Source: a virus
Lineage: Duplodnaviria > Caudoviricetes
DNA length: 55,697 nucleotides
Direction: 5' to 3' (one strand)
IMG/VR virus record: IMGVR_UViG_3300018432_000007
Span: 1-55,697 of that record
The translations under genes were made by a program, and so were the position numbers. The notes under the pieces were generated by a model, which was not told where the DNA came from, did not search any database, and was given only the letters and a program-made list of their open reading frames with translations. The stretch's first letter is position 1. The number at the start of each line of letters is the position of its first letter. Shown here piece after piece: positions 34,775-45,045 of this stretch.

Positions 34775-36042
34775 CAGAAGCAGTCCCAGCAGATCTCGTT
34801 GTCAGCCTCGCCCGCGATGACCAGCTCGTTCATCTCCTCCTCCATGATCTGCACGGTGACCTTCTCCGGGCCCTCCAGCCCGACGGCGACCGACAGGCGC
34901 CCGATCCTCGGTTGCGCGTCAGAGAACTCGATCGTGTAGCCACCCCGGATCGCCCAGTGCGGCGAGATGATATCCAGGCTCACCTCATTGCCTGGCGTCA
35001 GGTCATCGATGCTCAGCGTGCTGTCGCCCTCGGCTGTGCCGTAGTCGAGACCCGAGAAGAAGAGCTGCAAGTTGCCCGCCAGGTCGAAGTGGTCATTTTG
35101 GTAACCGTGCGCGTGGTCGAACAAGGTAGACGAACTAGTCACCCCGTCGAACGTCGGCGCCGCGTCGTATCGGGGCATGTCAGCGATAGTGCCGCCGGTC
35201 CAGAACGTCGAGATCAGCGGCGTACCGTCCGCGTCCGGTTCACCAAAGGCGTCCACCAGGTTCGCGAGCTCGTTTCCATCCATGTCGAATTTCAGGTCAG
35301 TCAGGTGATGCCACGCGATGACCGGGAAAGGCGACGTCTGGAACCAGGTGTTACGGAACAGCAGCTCACTGGTCCACACGTTGGAGATCGTCTGCCGGAA
35401 GTGCTCCAACGAGTACACCGGCCCGTCGATGATGGCCACGAACTCGCGCAGAGCGTCACCCAACGTCTTGCGATCAACACCCAGGTAGGTCCGGTCACGG
35501 TTGATGCCACCAGCGCCACCCTGACCACCGATCAGCTGGATCCCCGGTCCCGCGATCGGGTCGACGCTCCCGCCGTCCACGTTGGTTCCGCTCGCGTAGT
35601 TCACCAGGGCTTGCGCAATGGCGCGCTGGTCCACCCCAGTGAAGACCAGATCAGAACGAATCATCCGGTAGTCCAGGTAGGACTGGATTTCATCGAAACC
35701 AAGCGTGACCATTCCGTCACTGCTGCCATTGAAGGAATTCAAGATCCCTCCGAACATCGGCGTCGGCTCGTCGGGTGTTGCCGTGCCGCCCGCCGTCCGG
35801 GAGAAGTAGATCCCCACGGCGCGCGGGTACATCTGAGCCATTTTGACAAATGAAGGTTCGGTGCGGCCACTGAATGCCTCGACACCATGGCGATTAAAGG
35901 AAATGGTTCCTCGACCGGCCTCCATAAAGACCATCTCAAACTCGAACGACGTCGGGACGATCACCTTCAACACCTCGCCCGTCGTGAGTAGAACCATCTC
36001 GATGCGCCAGTTCGCGGCGCACTCGCACACCTGCGCTGGCAT
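34774..36042 (-). CDS. Minor tail protein (baseplate hub-like)
   Basis: Position after Dit; 'SYLDYR.I..D..F.GVDQ..IA..LV.YA'. Confidence 0.8.
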   Translation of the reverse strand: MPAQVCECAANWRIEMVLLTTGEVLKVIVPTSFEFEMVFMEAGRGTISFNRHGVEAFSGRTEPSFVKMAQMYPRAVGIYFSRTAGGTATPDEPTPMFGGILNSFNGSSDGMVTLGFDEIQSYLDYRMIRSDLVFTGVDQRAIAQALVNYASGTNVDGGSVDPIAGPGIQLIGGQGGAGGINRDRTYLGVDRKTLGDALREFVAIIDGPVYSLEHFRQTISNVWTSELLFRNTWFQTSPFPVIAWHHLTDLKFDMDGNELANLVDAFGEPDADGTPLISTFWTGGTIADMPRYDAAPTFDGVTSSSTLFDHAHGYQNDHFDLAGNLQLFFSGLDYGTAEGDSTLSIDDLTPGNEVSLDIISPHWAIRGGYTIEFSDAQPRIGRLSVAVGLEGPEKVTVQIMEEEMNELVIAGEADNEICWDCF

Positions 36043-37460
36043 CAGCCACTCACCACCGCATTGGTCCACGCTGCCCGGACCGATCCCGTGTCAGCAGGGT
36101 CACCAGTCGTCACCGACAGGTCATGCGTTCCAGGGCTCAGCGGGGTGGTGTAGTCCCCAGACACGTTCTGTGTCGTGTCCACCGTGATCAACGAAGCGCG
36201 GCCCCACCGCGTGTCCACCGTGACGGACTCTCCCGGTCCGATGTCGTCGTTGTACGTGAACGAATTCGGCCCGTAGTACACCGTGATCGGTGCCGTCAAC
36301 GGACCAAACAACTGGAACGTCACGAACGCGCACAACGTGCCAACGATCTCGATCTCTGACGGCCCCGTCGCAACGATGCCCTCGTTGACCCAGATCTGCG
36401 CAAAGTTGAGCGCCTGCCCGACAAGCGCCGTGCCGGACCACGCAAGAATCGGCATCAGGAACGCGGCGCCGACCGGCGCGACGAACGTCTCAGAGTGCCG
36501 GGACCACGCTGTAGCGGCCGACATGTTCGTACCACCGGTCGTGGAGATCGTCGCGCCGCCCGCATCGAACCAGCGCATGTTCACGCGCGTCTGTGGGCCA
36601 CCTACGACGTTCTTCTCTGCCCACCACGACGCCGTGTAACTCGTCCCAGCGACCACCGGGATAGCGCCAGTTCCCGAAGCGGTGGTTTCCATCGTCATCG
36701 GTGAAGTGGTGTTCGCGACCAGGGTGTTCCGACTGAAGTACGAGCCGCCGTCAGGGCCGCCAGCGGAGGAATAGAAGTCGTTGAACGTTCCACCGTTGAG
36801 GGTCATCGTCAGACCCTCAAGGCGGTAGTTCGGGTGCATGTTGCCGCCACCGGCCGCGCCCGCTTCCGCGTCCACGGTATGGGTGGAGTGCCAGATGTCA
36901 CCGGGGTCTGTGCTCGCGAGCTCCAGCCGTGCGTCCTCGGCGTCGAACCGCAGCGTGACCCGGGCCGCGCCGCGGTTCGAGCGCATCCACTCGATGTCCG
37001 CGACGCGCGGCCGGCCGTGCACCATGTACGGGCCTAGGTAGATCTTCTCGGCCTCGGTCGCATCCGGGTCGTGGCAGTCCGAGAAGATCACCAGGGTGGC
37101 GCCGTCACAGTTCCTGGACCACTCCTCGGCGAGCCGGGACACCCGCTGCCGTACCCCGGGGCAGCCCGGGCACCCGGTGTTCTGCACGATCACCTGGAAC
37201 GTCAGCACCCGCGGCTCGTAGTAGTCACCGAACTGGACGACGCCGTCCCGCTGCGCGAACGCGACATCACCGTTGCGCACCGGCGGAACACCCATGCCAG
37301 CCGGCGGGACGGTGAGACACCCGAGCGGGTCCGTCGGCAGGAACTGCACGACCGGGTCCCCACCTTCCAGGCTGATCCCGTCCTCCTGCGGCAGCAGCAG
37401 GTCGGTACCGCGCCCGTCCTTCCACATCGCGATACCCCACGCACCCGAGTTGCCACTCAC
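36042..37460 (-). CDS. Distal tail (Dit)-like protein with an inserted carbohydrate-binding-like module
   Basis: 'G.PPVR..D....RDG...GDYY.PR.LT'; internal 'V.AGTSYTAS.W...W.R.S.TF.AP.GA'. Confidence 0.78.
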   Translation of the reverse strand: MSGNSGAWGIAMWKDGRGTDLLLPQEDGISLEGGDPVVQFLPTDPLGCLTVPPAGMGVPPVRNGDVAFAQRDGVVQFGDYYEPRVLTFQVIVQNTGCPGCPGVRQRVSRLAEEWSRNCDGATLVIFSDCHDPDATEAEKIYLGPYMVHGRPRVADIEWMRSNRGAARVTLRFDAEDARLELASTDPGDIWHSTHTVDAEAGAAGGGNMHPNYRLEGLTMTLNGGTFNDFYSSAGGPDGGSYFSRNTLVANTTSPMTMETTASGTGAIPVVAGTSYTASWWAEKNVVGGPQTRVNMRWFDAGGATISTTGGTNMSAATAWSRHSETFVAPVGAAFLMPILAWSGTALVGQALNFAQIWVNEGIVATGPSEIEIVGTLCAFVTFQLFGPLTAPITVYYGPNSFTYNDDIGPGESVTVDTRWGRASLITVDTTQNVSGDYTTPLSPGTHDLSVTTGDPADTGSVRAAWTNAVVSG

Positions 37461-40105
37461 GTCGCCACACCTCCGATTACCTCTTGCCTCGACTGCGTCG
37501 CGTACCTGACGTTCCAGTTGATCTCGCGCAGGCGACCGCCGGACGTCGTCGGCCCGGTGAACACCTGCGTCACGTTCACGCTGGAGCCGACCGAAACACC
37601 CTCAGCAGCGGTCGCCTGTGCCCCCTGACGGGCCGCAGACTGCGTCACGGCCCCAGTGGGCGCCAGAGGCGCCAGAGCCCGCTGCATGGCCCGTGCAGGG
37701 AGGTTGACGTTCGTCATGAGCCCGTCGGCGATCATCTGCGCGATCACCTCGCCCGAGTGCTCCGGGCTGCCCTGCCCGGACAGCGGCCCGAGCTTGGCGG
37801 GGGAGAACGGGAGGTAGTTTCGGATCGTGCCCGCGACCGACGACGCCGCGTTGCCCAGCGCGCCGAGCATGGCGTATATGCCGTTGATCAGGCCCTGGAC
37901 GATGTCCCGCCCCGAGTTGTAGAGCATGGACCCGAGGTTGCCGAGCGTCCGGCCGATCTGCCCCGGCAGGTTTCCGAAGTACGTGAGCACTGCACTCAGG
38001 CCGCTGCGCACCGCGTTTCCGATGGTCCTGGCCCCCAGGCTGAACAGGCTCTGCGCGATGCTCCACAGCCCGCGCACGTTGGCGATCACCTCGTTGCGCA
38101 GCCTGATGAATCGGACTATCAGGCTGATGATCCAGTTCGCGATGCCCTGGATGATCCGGACCTGGAACTGGGTGAACGACGCGGTCACACCGTTCCACCA
38201 GTCGCGCACCGCAGTGAGCACCTGCTGGCCGCCGTTGCGGAAATAGTTCTGCACCGTGCGCCACAGGAACCCCACGATCCCGGTCAAGATCGACACGACA
38301 CCGTCCGCGATCTGCGTCAGGCCATCCCACGCCTTTTCCCAATCGCCGGTGAACACCCCGGTCAGGAATGTGATCAGGCCACCGAGGATGTCGAATACCC
38401 CGCCGAGCACGTCGACAACCAGGTTGATCGCGTTCACCACCTGGGCGCCGAAGATCGTCAGCAGGATGCCGAGCAGCGGCTGCAGGAGATCGAATATCCC
38501 CGTGATCGCCGGGCCAAGGTTCGCTGTGAATAGTTCCCCGATCTGCGCGATAGCGGGCCCCAGGGCGCCCACGATCATGGTCACCACGGGCGCGAGCGCC
38601 TGCACGAGGCCCACGATCAGCGACGCGACCAGGCCGAGCAGCGGCGCCAGGCCAGACAGCGCCGTGCCCAGCGTCTCACCGAGCACCGTCGCGACCGGCA
38701 GCAGCGCGTCGCGCAGCAGGTTGATCTGCGGGATCAGCACCCCGATCACGGCGAACAGGCCAGTGAAGATCGGACCGATGACCGCGCCGAGCTGCGAGAT
38801 CGCGTCCCCGGTCTGCGTCACCAGGCCGAAAAAGTCAGCGAGCCCGGCCTGCGCGCCCGCAGTCTGCACGAACGCGGCGAGCTGCCCGGTCATGTCGCTG
38901 AACACCGAGATGAGCTCGCCACCGATGCCCGCGCCCTGACCGAGCACGGACACCAGGATCGAGCCCAGGTTCCCCACGATGGCGATCAGGTCCCCGGCCA
39001 CCACGTTCGCCTGTTCGAGGAACGCGGTCAGCTGCCCCGACTCCGCGATGCCCTGGGCCCAGGTCCCGAACGAGAGACCGACATCGGATATCGCCTGGGC
39101 GACGTCGAGCGCTGGCCCACCAGCGGCGGTGAAGATCGCGAGCAGCCCGGCTCCTGCGGCGCCCGCGCCGGGCAGCAGCGCGGCGAGGGTCGCGTTCAGG
39201 TCACCCAGGATGGTGTCCAGCTGGGCCACGAACCGGTCGGACTGCGCGAACTCAGCGAACCCGAGCGCGGCCTGGTTCAGCGTGCCGGCTGTCGCCTGCA
39301 GCTGCGTCTGCAGCACGGGCAGGATCGCCCCGGAGATTCCCGAGAGCTGGGACGCGACACCGGCGAACACGGTCTGCTGGATGCTGTCCTGGAACGATGA
39401 CCACGCCGGGCCGAGCGCACCTACCTCGGTCACGACGTCCCGAGCCGCGGGTGCGAGCCCTTCCAGGGCCGCAGTGAGCTGGTCCTGCGTGGCCGCGCTG
39501 ATGGCCCCTGTGGCGGCGAGTTCCTGCTGCGCGGTCGCCTGGGCCGCGAACGCATCCGATAGGCCCTTGCTGGCCACCGTGGCGGTTACCTGGGCCAGCC
39601 CCAGGGACGCGAGCACCCCGCCCGCGCTGATCGCCGCACCGGATGCCTGCGCGAGTGCACCGGCCACGGCCACCGCACCGGCCACGACGCCACCGAGCCC
39701 GGCGCCGAGCGGCGAGATCGCGGACAGTGCGCTCACGCTCGCGGCGCCCACCCGCGCGATCGAGAACGCCAGCTGGCCGAACGTCGACACACCCGGCTCG
39801 GCCGAACTCACCCCCCGGGAGAATCCGTCACCGAACCCGCGCCCGGCGTTGTCACCTTCCTGCGTCGCCGATGCGACGACGCCGCGCAGCATGCCGGACA
39901 GATCGATGCCGGACGTACCGCGAGCGATCCCCGACCGGATCCCAGAGGAGATCCCCGCACCGATGCCCGCGGAGATCCCCCGGCCGATGGTGTTCCCCGC
40001 AGCGCTCGCGCGGGCGCCGCGCGCACCGCGGTCTACCTCGTCCTCGATCGAGTCGGCTATGTCGTTGTCGGTGACATCGAGGTTGACCGGTACCCGGATG
40101 ACCAT
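37457..40105 (-). CDS. Tape measure protein (about 882 aa)
   Basis: Long Ala/Gly/Leu helical protein with 'FTGDW..AWDG', W/F repeats and 'PFSPAK.GPLSG'. Confidence 0.92.
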   Translation of the reverse strand: MVIRVPVNLDVTDNDIADSIEDEVDRGARGARASAAGNTIGRGISAGIGAGISSGIRSGIARGTSGIDLSGMLRGVVASATQEGDNAGRGFGDGFSRGVSSAEPGVSTFGQLAFSIARVGAASVSALSAISPLGAGLGGVVAGAVAVAGALAQASGAAISAGGVLASLGLAQVTATVASKGLSDAFAAQATAQQELAATGAISAATQDQLTAALEGLAPAARDVVTEVGALGPAWSSFQDSIQQTVFAGVASQLSGISGAILPVLQTQLQATAGTLNQAALGFAEFAQSDRFVAQLDTILGDLNATLAALLPGAGAAGAGLLAIFTAAGGPALDVAQAISDVGLSFGTWAQGIAESGQLTAFLEQANVVAGDLIAIVGNLGSILVSVLGQGAGIGGELISVFSDMTGQLAAFVQTAGAQAGLADFFGLVTQTGDAISQLGAVIGPIFTGLFAVIGVLIPQINLLRDALLPVATVLGETLGTALSGLAPLLGLVASLIVGLVQALAPVVTMIVGALGPAIAQIGELFTANLGPAITGIFDLLQPLLGILLTIFGAQVVNAINLVVDVLGGVFDILGGLITFLTGVFTGDWEKAWDGLTQIADGVVSILTGIVGFLWRTVQNYFRNGGQQVLTAVRDWWNGVTASFTQFQVRIIQGIANWIISLIVRFIRLRNEVIANVRGLWSIAQSLFSLGARTIGNAVRSGLSAVLTYFGNLPGQIGRTLGNLGSMLYNSGRDIVQGLINGIYAMLGALGNAASSVAGTIRNYLPFSPAKLGPLSGQGSPEHSGEVIAQMIADGLMTNVNLPARAMQRALAPLAPTGAVTQSAARQGAQATAAEGVSVGSSVNVTQVFTGPTTSGGRLREINWNVRYATQSRQEVIGGVAT

Positions 40106-40106
40106 C

Positions 40107-40403
40107 TCAGTCCACCGCCCCGACCTTGACCGTGGTCGGCGCCGAGAAGTACGCATCGTTCATCTCGTCCACGTCCCACGACGTGCCGCGCAGAGACCCC
40201 TTGTACCCCTTGGGCGGGACCTCGAACACACCCCGGTCCTTCATCGCCTGTGCCTCGTCTTTCCCCTCGGTGATCCAGTAAAAGATCAGGTCACACAGCT
40301 CTCTCCCGTCTAGGTCGCCGAGACGGAAGCCAGCGGCGAGGGCGCGGCCGGCGGGTTGTTCTTCCAGGGCTGCCGCGACGCACCGCTGGAAGACGTAGTA
40401 GGG
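40107..40403 (-). CDS. -1 frame extension of the tail assembly chaperone (gpGT-like)
   Basis: Open frame PYYVFQRCVAAALEEQ...LCDLIFYWITEG...VGAVD* with no convincing own start; it ends just before the tape measure ATG. Confidence 0.7.
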   Translation of the reverse strand, partial: PYYVFQRCVAAALEEQPAGRALAAGFRLGDLDGRELCDLIFYWITEGKDEAQAMKDRGVFEVPPKGYKGSLRGTSWDVDEMNDAYFSAPTTVKVGAVD

Positions 40404-40792
40404 CGTCCCGTGTGGCCCTCGTTCAGCAGCTCGAACAGCTTCGCCATGTGCTCGTCGTCGAGCAGGTCGTACTTGGCGACCTCCTCGGGGTCGCCCGTGT
40501 ACAGCAGCGCAACGTCATCGGACCTCTCCAGCCGCGCATTGATGTGCGCCCACGCGTCGGGCCCGAACCCAGCGGCGAGCCACTGCCGCATCCCGTCCAG
40601 CTGCTCGGCGGTCGCCGCAGCCATGTCGAGCCCCTTGAGCCGACGCTGCATGCTGATGAGCTTCCCGATCCGCGGGTACACGAACGGGAACGGGCCCTCG
40701 TCGTCGTCCCCAGGCCGTGGCCCGGGCAGGTACACCTCCTCGTCGGGTAGTGCTTCGCTGACCCGGTCGTCTGCCTTGATAGTGATCGCCAT
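40310..40792 (-). CDS. Tail assembly chaperone (gpG-like)
   Basis: Upstream of the tape measure; ends 'GRPTTSSS...'. Confidence 0.75.
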   Translation of the reverse strand: MAITIKADDRVSEALPDEEVYLPGPRPGDDDEGPFPFVYPRIGKLISMQRRLKGLDMAAATAEQLDGMRQWLAAGFGPDAWAHINARLERSDDVALLYTGDPEEVAKYDLLDDEHMAKLFELLNEGHTGRPTTSSSGASRQPWKNNPPAAPSPLASVSAT

Positions 40793-40807
40793 CTCAAGCC
40801 CTCTCTC

Positions 40808-41215
40808 TCATCGAATCGTGACGTCGATATCGCCGAGATCCCGGGTATCCACCCGGGACATCTCGGCTTCCAGAAGGGGACGCAGCCCCCTGTAGTTGCG
40901 GACCCAGCGCACGGGGTGCCGAGCCCCGGGCCACCACATGAACCGCTTCCCCCACCGCGAATAGCCCTGGTCGTCGCGGTAGGCGGGGATGACCCCGGGG
41001 TTGCCCATGGGTGAGACGACCGTGGCCATACCGGCCCCGGCCTCGACGCTCATCTGGGCTGCCGCCATGCGCCCGGCGGGATGCTGGGCCAGGCGCGGCG
41101 TAACACGCCGAATGGTCGCGCGCCCTACCTCGGCGGCGACCTCTTGGCGGATCTGTTGCAGTGCGTCACCAAGACCGGTGACGGGACCACTACTGCGTAC
41201 GCGAATCCTCGTCAT
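40808..41215 (-). CDS. Basic neck/tail completion-like protein
   Basis: Arg-rich, 'WWPGARHPV'; position in the tail operon. Confidence 0.6.
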   Translation of the reverse strand: MTRIRVRSSGPVTGLGDALQQIRQEVAAEVGRATIRRVTPRLAQHPAGRMAAAQMSVEAGAGMATVVSPMGNPGVIPAYRDDQGYSRWGKRFMWWPGARHPVRWVRNYRGLRPLLEAEMSRVDTRDLGDIDVTIR

Positions 41216-41819
41216 CGGTAACCGACCCATCGGTTACCGGCTCGTCCTCCGGCGTCTCCAGTCGTCCACCCGTGAGGGCAGGCTGGGGCAAGTTGGACAG
41301 GGACTGGGCCGCTTCCTCGGCAGCCTGCTGGATCTCGCGCTTGGTCATGGTGCTGGTGACCTCGACACCGAGGCTGTCGGCGTACTCGGCCCACACGCCA
41401 CGCAGCGCCGACGGCTTGGGCTCGGGCGGCAGCGGGACAGCCTCGACCGTCGGCACGTCAACGTCCGGGGTTCCGGTCACTGGCTCCAGCGTCGGGTACT
41501 TGATCCCGCCACGCTCGGCCATCCACTCACCGGGCTTGAGCCCGAGCGCACGGCGGCGCTCGTCCAGCTCGGGGTTGTGCTCGTCGGGCGGTGTCGGGGT
41601 GTCGTTCGCGTCGTCGGCGTCGAGCTCGTCGGCCTCTGCGGCGATCGCGCCGAGATCGTACGGGTTGGGTGTCGGTGTTGGCTCGGGCGGCGCGGCCAGT
41701 CGCGAGCGGCGCTCTGCCTCGGCTCGGCCGGCGGCGATCAGCGCGAGCGCCTGACGCCGCGGCATGCTCCGGACCTCGCCGCTGCGCGTCCGGACGACCA
41801 TGCGGTCAACAGCAGACAT
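41190..41819 (-). CDS. Pro/Glu-rich protein with a HeH-like domain
   Basis: 'P.PSA....W.EYA..LGV......TK.EI'. Confidence 0.65.
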   Translation of the reverse strand: MSAVDRMVVRTRSGEVRSMPRRQALALIAAGRAEAERRSRLAAPPEPTPTPNPYDLGAIAAEADELDADDANDTPTPPDEHNPELDERRRALGLKPGEWMAERGGIKYPTLEPVTGTPDVDVPTVEAVPLPPEPKPSALRGVWAEYADSLGVEVTSTMTKREIQQAAEEAAQSLSNLPQPALTGGRLETPEDEPVTDGSVTDDEDSRTQ

Positions 41820-42396
41820 CGATCCTCCCCCTGATCGTCCAGGCCCCGCCAACACAGTCGTTGGGGCCCAGTGGTACCCAACTGTCCAGCACGATACCCG
41901 CATCGATCAACCGTCGCGGTCGCTCGGGGCAACAGGTGATCGCGTAGCGGATCCCGTCAGCGTCCCGGGCCTGCCGGATCGCGTCCTGCTGGATCTCATC
42001 CACGGGTGGCGGGTTGCCGTCCTCGTCCATCTTGGACGCGCAGCGGACAGCGCCGATCTGCGCGGTGAACTGCCAGACCTGGCAGTTGCCCGCCCCGGCG
42101 TCACTGCTCGGTATGCGGGTGATGCTCTGGATGGCAGCCCACAGCTGCCCGTCGCTCTCGTCGCAGGGCCCAGTGCCGCACGAGTCCCACGGGACGTCGA
42201 GCCCGGGGTACACGGCGACCCTGCAGAACGGAGGCAGCAGGCACAGACCGCCCGGGGACTCGTCGGACCCGGGCGAGTCGTCCCCGCCTGCGAGCAGTTC
42301 GAGGATGTCGGCCAACAGCTCCAGCACCTTCATCGCGCCCTTGCTGGAGTAGTGGCCCGGGCTGTCGCTCGGTGACCCCCAGATCTGTTCCGTCAT
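41806..42396 (-). CDS. Tail terminator / head-tail joining-like protein
   Basis: 'PWD.C', 'G.VRC', 'W.PLGP..CVGG.W'; 11 Cys. Confidence 0.65.
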   Translation of the reverse strand: MTEQIWGSPSDSPGHYSSKGAMKVLELLADILELLAGGDDSPGSDESPGGLCLLPPFCRVAVYPGLDVPWDSCGTGPCDESDGQLWAAIQSITRIPSSDAGAGNCQVWQFTAQIGAVRCASKMDEDGNPPPVDEIQQDAIRQARDADGIRYAITCCPERPRRLIDAGIVLDSWVPLGPNDCVGGAWTIRGRIDVCC

Positions 42397-43292
42397 GACG
42401 TGCACGCCCCTGCTGTGGGCCAGGTCAGCTCGGTCTGCTGCACGAGCTCGGGCGACAGGATCGAGGGCGTAGCCGCGCCCACATAGCGAGACTGTTCGAT
42501 CCACGCATCGATCTCCCAGATGCCGGTGCGCATGCTGGCCAGGTTCTCGAACCGGTCATTGAACCCCATCGTGATGTTGTTCCGGGTGATCGTCTGGATG
42601 CGCTTGGGCAGCTGGCAGTCGGCCCGCTTGAGGCACGACTTGAGGAATTCGCACATCAGGGTGCCGGTCACCCAGTCGCCGCCGTCGGGCACGCACTGCC
42701 CTTCCAGCACCGTGATCGACCACGTCCCGGGCCCGTCGGTCTTCCCGAGCTCCTGGCACACGGGCCACTGCCCGCCGTCGGTCCGCACGATCCGGTTCCG
42801 GTCGTACACCGCGACCATCCCGCACGGGTCGTAGTCGACGCCATCGAGACGCACGTTCAGGACCTGGTCGACGTCGGACAGGTAGATCTCGGATACCGCC
42901 GAGCACTGGCACCCCTTCCTGCAGGTGCCGCACGGGACGTTCACCCAGTCGAACGAGCCAGGCACCCGCCATGGCACGGAAGCGATCGCCGGACCCGAGT
43001 ACCCACCGCAGCAGTTCGGGCCCGGGCTGCAGTTCTCCCGGCATGGCCGGTACGTCTTGGGGCACCCGCCGTACTGCTTCCCAGTCGCGGTCCACAGGAA
43101 CCTCGCCGCCCAGTTCCGCGCGATCAGCGCGAGCGCGGGGGGCACCTCCTGCGGGTCGCTCAGCTTGAGCGAGCAGCACTCCTCGCACACGTACGGCTCC
43201 ACCCAGCAGATGTCACCGCAGGTGATCAGCCCAGGGCCCGGCGACGGGCCCGGGGAAGGGCCAGGAGACACCCCAGGGGACTCGACAGTCAT
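42393..43292 (-). CDS. Head-to-tail adaptor
   Basis: 'LW.ATG.QYG.C....RPC', 'RTDG..WP.CQ', 'C.LP.R...ITR', 'TGI.EIDAWI'; 21 Cys. Confidence 0.78.
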   Translation of the reverse strand: MTVESPGVSPGPSPGPSPGPGLITCGDICWVEPYVCEECCSLKLSDPQEVPPALALIARNWAARFLWTATGKQYGGCPKTYRPCRENCSPGPNCCGGYSGPAIASVPWRVPGSFDWVNVPCGTCRKGCQCSAVSEIYLSDVDQVLNVRLDGVDYDPCGMVAVYDRNRIVRTDGGQWPVCQELGKTDGPGTWSITVLEGQCVPDGGDWVTGTLMCEFLKSCLKRADCQLPKRIQTITRNNITMGFNDRFENLASMRTGIWEIDAWIEQSRYVGAATPSILSPELVQQTELTWPTAGACTS

Positions 43293-43376
43293 GCGCTCAG
43301 CTCCTCCGCTTCACGGGGCGTACAGGCCAGCGGGCGCCGAGAGGAACATGCCTCGGCGCCCGCTGGATCAGGTTGG

Positions 43377-44156
43377 TCAGGCCGGGACCAGGCAGGGGTC
43401 CACAGGGGACTCCAGCGAGATCCCGCCGTACCCGAACTCGGCCGTCGGCGGGAGGCAGTCCACGCACGTCGCGATGTACGCCGGCGGGGGGACGTCCGTG
43501 GCCATGAGCCGCATGAGCGAGCCCGGACCCATCGGGTCCACCAGACGGCCGTCGGACGACTGCTGCACGTCCGTGTACGGGCCGCGGCCCCACGCGTGAT
43601 TGCCGATCGCGAACCCCTGCAGTGTGATCGAGAACAGGGTGTCCGAACCGGCCCACTCCAGCGACCCATCGAGCTGCCAGTTCGTGATGCGCGGGAACAC
43701 CGCGTAGCCGTACCTGGCACCGGCGCCGCAGTCGATCCCCGACACCCCGGACCACAGTTCCAGGGCTGTCTCTGTGGTGTTGATGCCGTCGATGATGTCG
43801 AACCCGACGGCGTTGCAGTCCTGGTCCATCGCGACCGGCCAGCCGGTCAGCTTGCTGATGAACCAGGGGGTGACCTGGCACAGCGTCACGGCCACGTTCA
43901 GGCCGGTCAGCACGTCGGGATCGCGTTCGTTCAGGCAGACGTCGCCGTTTGCCTTGCGCTCCAGGATGGCCTCGCCCTCGTCCACCTCGGCCTCACCCGT
44001 GACGCTGGTGAACGAGTCGGTGACGGCGATCGAGCATGTGGCCCCCGGCGACTCGCCGGGGGAGTCGTCGGCGGGGTCCGGCGGGATACCGCAGTCCCCG
44101 AGCTCTGTGGCCCGGAGCGACTGCGCACGGAACGGCTTGAAACACTGCTGTGGCAT
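43377..44156 (-). CDS. Major tail (tube) protein
   Basis: 'R.T.L..CG.P', 'E.DEGE....KANG..C', 'LC.V.P', 'ALE.W', 'WG.GPY'. Confidence 0.82.
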   Translation of the reverse strand: MPQQCFKPFRAQSLRATELGDCGIPPDPADDSPGESPGATCSIAVTDSFTSVTGEAEVDEGEAILERKANGDVCLNERDPDVLTGLNVAVTLCQVTPWFISKLTGWPVAMDQDCNAVGFDIIDGINTTETALELWSGVSGIDCGAGARYGYAVFPRITNWQLDGSLEWAGSDTLFSITLQGFAIGNHAWGRGPYTDVQQSSDGRLVDPMGPGSLMRLMATDVPPPAYIATCVDCLPPTAEFGYGGISLESPVDPCLVPA

Positions 44157-44172
44157 CGCTACTTTCCTTTCG

Positions 44173-45042
44173 TCAGCAAGCCTTGGCGACGCCGCTGCCG
44201 GCGGCGAACGTGGCGCACGTCGTGAACGCGGTCAGCGCGCCGCGCTCCTCGCGAGCCGCGGCGGTGTTGTTGGCCCGGTTGACGTCCGAGCGCATGACGC
44301 CGGGCCCGACACCAGCCCACACAGACGCCGTGGCGTACATGTACAGCTCGTCACCCAGCTCGGGGGCACCGGTGCTGTTCCACGGCTCGCACGGGTCCGC
44401 AGGGGACTCGTCCTCGGGGGAGTCGATCGGCGCGCGGCCGTCGAACCCGCCGGTGACGATCACGCGCGTTCCGGTGATCGTGATCAGCCGGCCACCCTCA
44501 CGGATGAGCAGGCTCAGCTCGGACAGCGCCAGCGCGATCTCGGGACCGATCAGCAGGTACCCGTTCCGTCCGCCGGTCGCGTCGGCCAGCGTCTGCTCCA
44601 GACAGCCGAGAGCCGCCACGGGGCTCGTGAACGCCGTACCGAGATCCGTTGCGTGAGTCTGCAGGGACGGGTTCCCCTCGTGATCAGGGGACGCGTCGCG
44701 GAGCGCTGCCTGGCCAGTCAGCATCTCGCGGGCCAGCGCGTAGTCGGCCGTCTCGTCCAGGGTTTCCACGGCCACCTGCTGGACGTCGATACCGCCGAAC
44801 GTCGAGCACGCGAACGCGGTGATCAGCGACACCGGGTGGAACGTCTCCGTGCTGGCGCGCTGTGTTGGCTTGAGGTCCGAACAGGTAGGGCACTCGCCCA
44901 TCACGGTGGGCAGCAGGCACGCGGTGTCCTGGAAGCTGATGCCGCGTTCCCACCCCTGGGGCAGTGGGCAGGCTCCCTGCAGGAGCCCACCCACTACCGC
45001 CGGAGTGCACCTATCCAGCTCGACCGGGATAGGAGTGGCCAT
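44173..45042 (-). CDS. Second capsid-type protein (pentamer/minor capsid-like)
   Basis: Between MCP and tail tube; 'W..GI.F...C', 'CSTFG', 'ALG.LE', 'YAT..V', 'N......ER'. Confidence 0.65.
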   Translation of the reverse strand: MATPIPVELDRCTPAVVGGLLQGACPLPQGWERGISFQDTACLLPTVMGECPTCSDLKPTQRASTETFHPVSLITAFACSTFGGIDVQQVAVETLDETADYALAREMLTGQAALRDASPDHEGNPSLQTHATDLGTAFTSPVAALGCLEQTLADATGGRNGYLLIGPEIALALSELSLLIREGGRLITITGTRVIVTGGFDGRAPIDSPEDESPADPCEPWNSTGAPELGDELYMYATASVWAGVGPGVMRSDVNRANNTAAAREERGALTAFTTCATFAAGSGVAKAC

Positions 45043-45045
45043 GTG

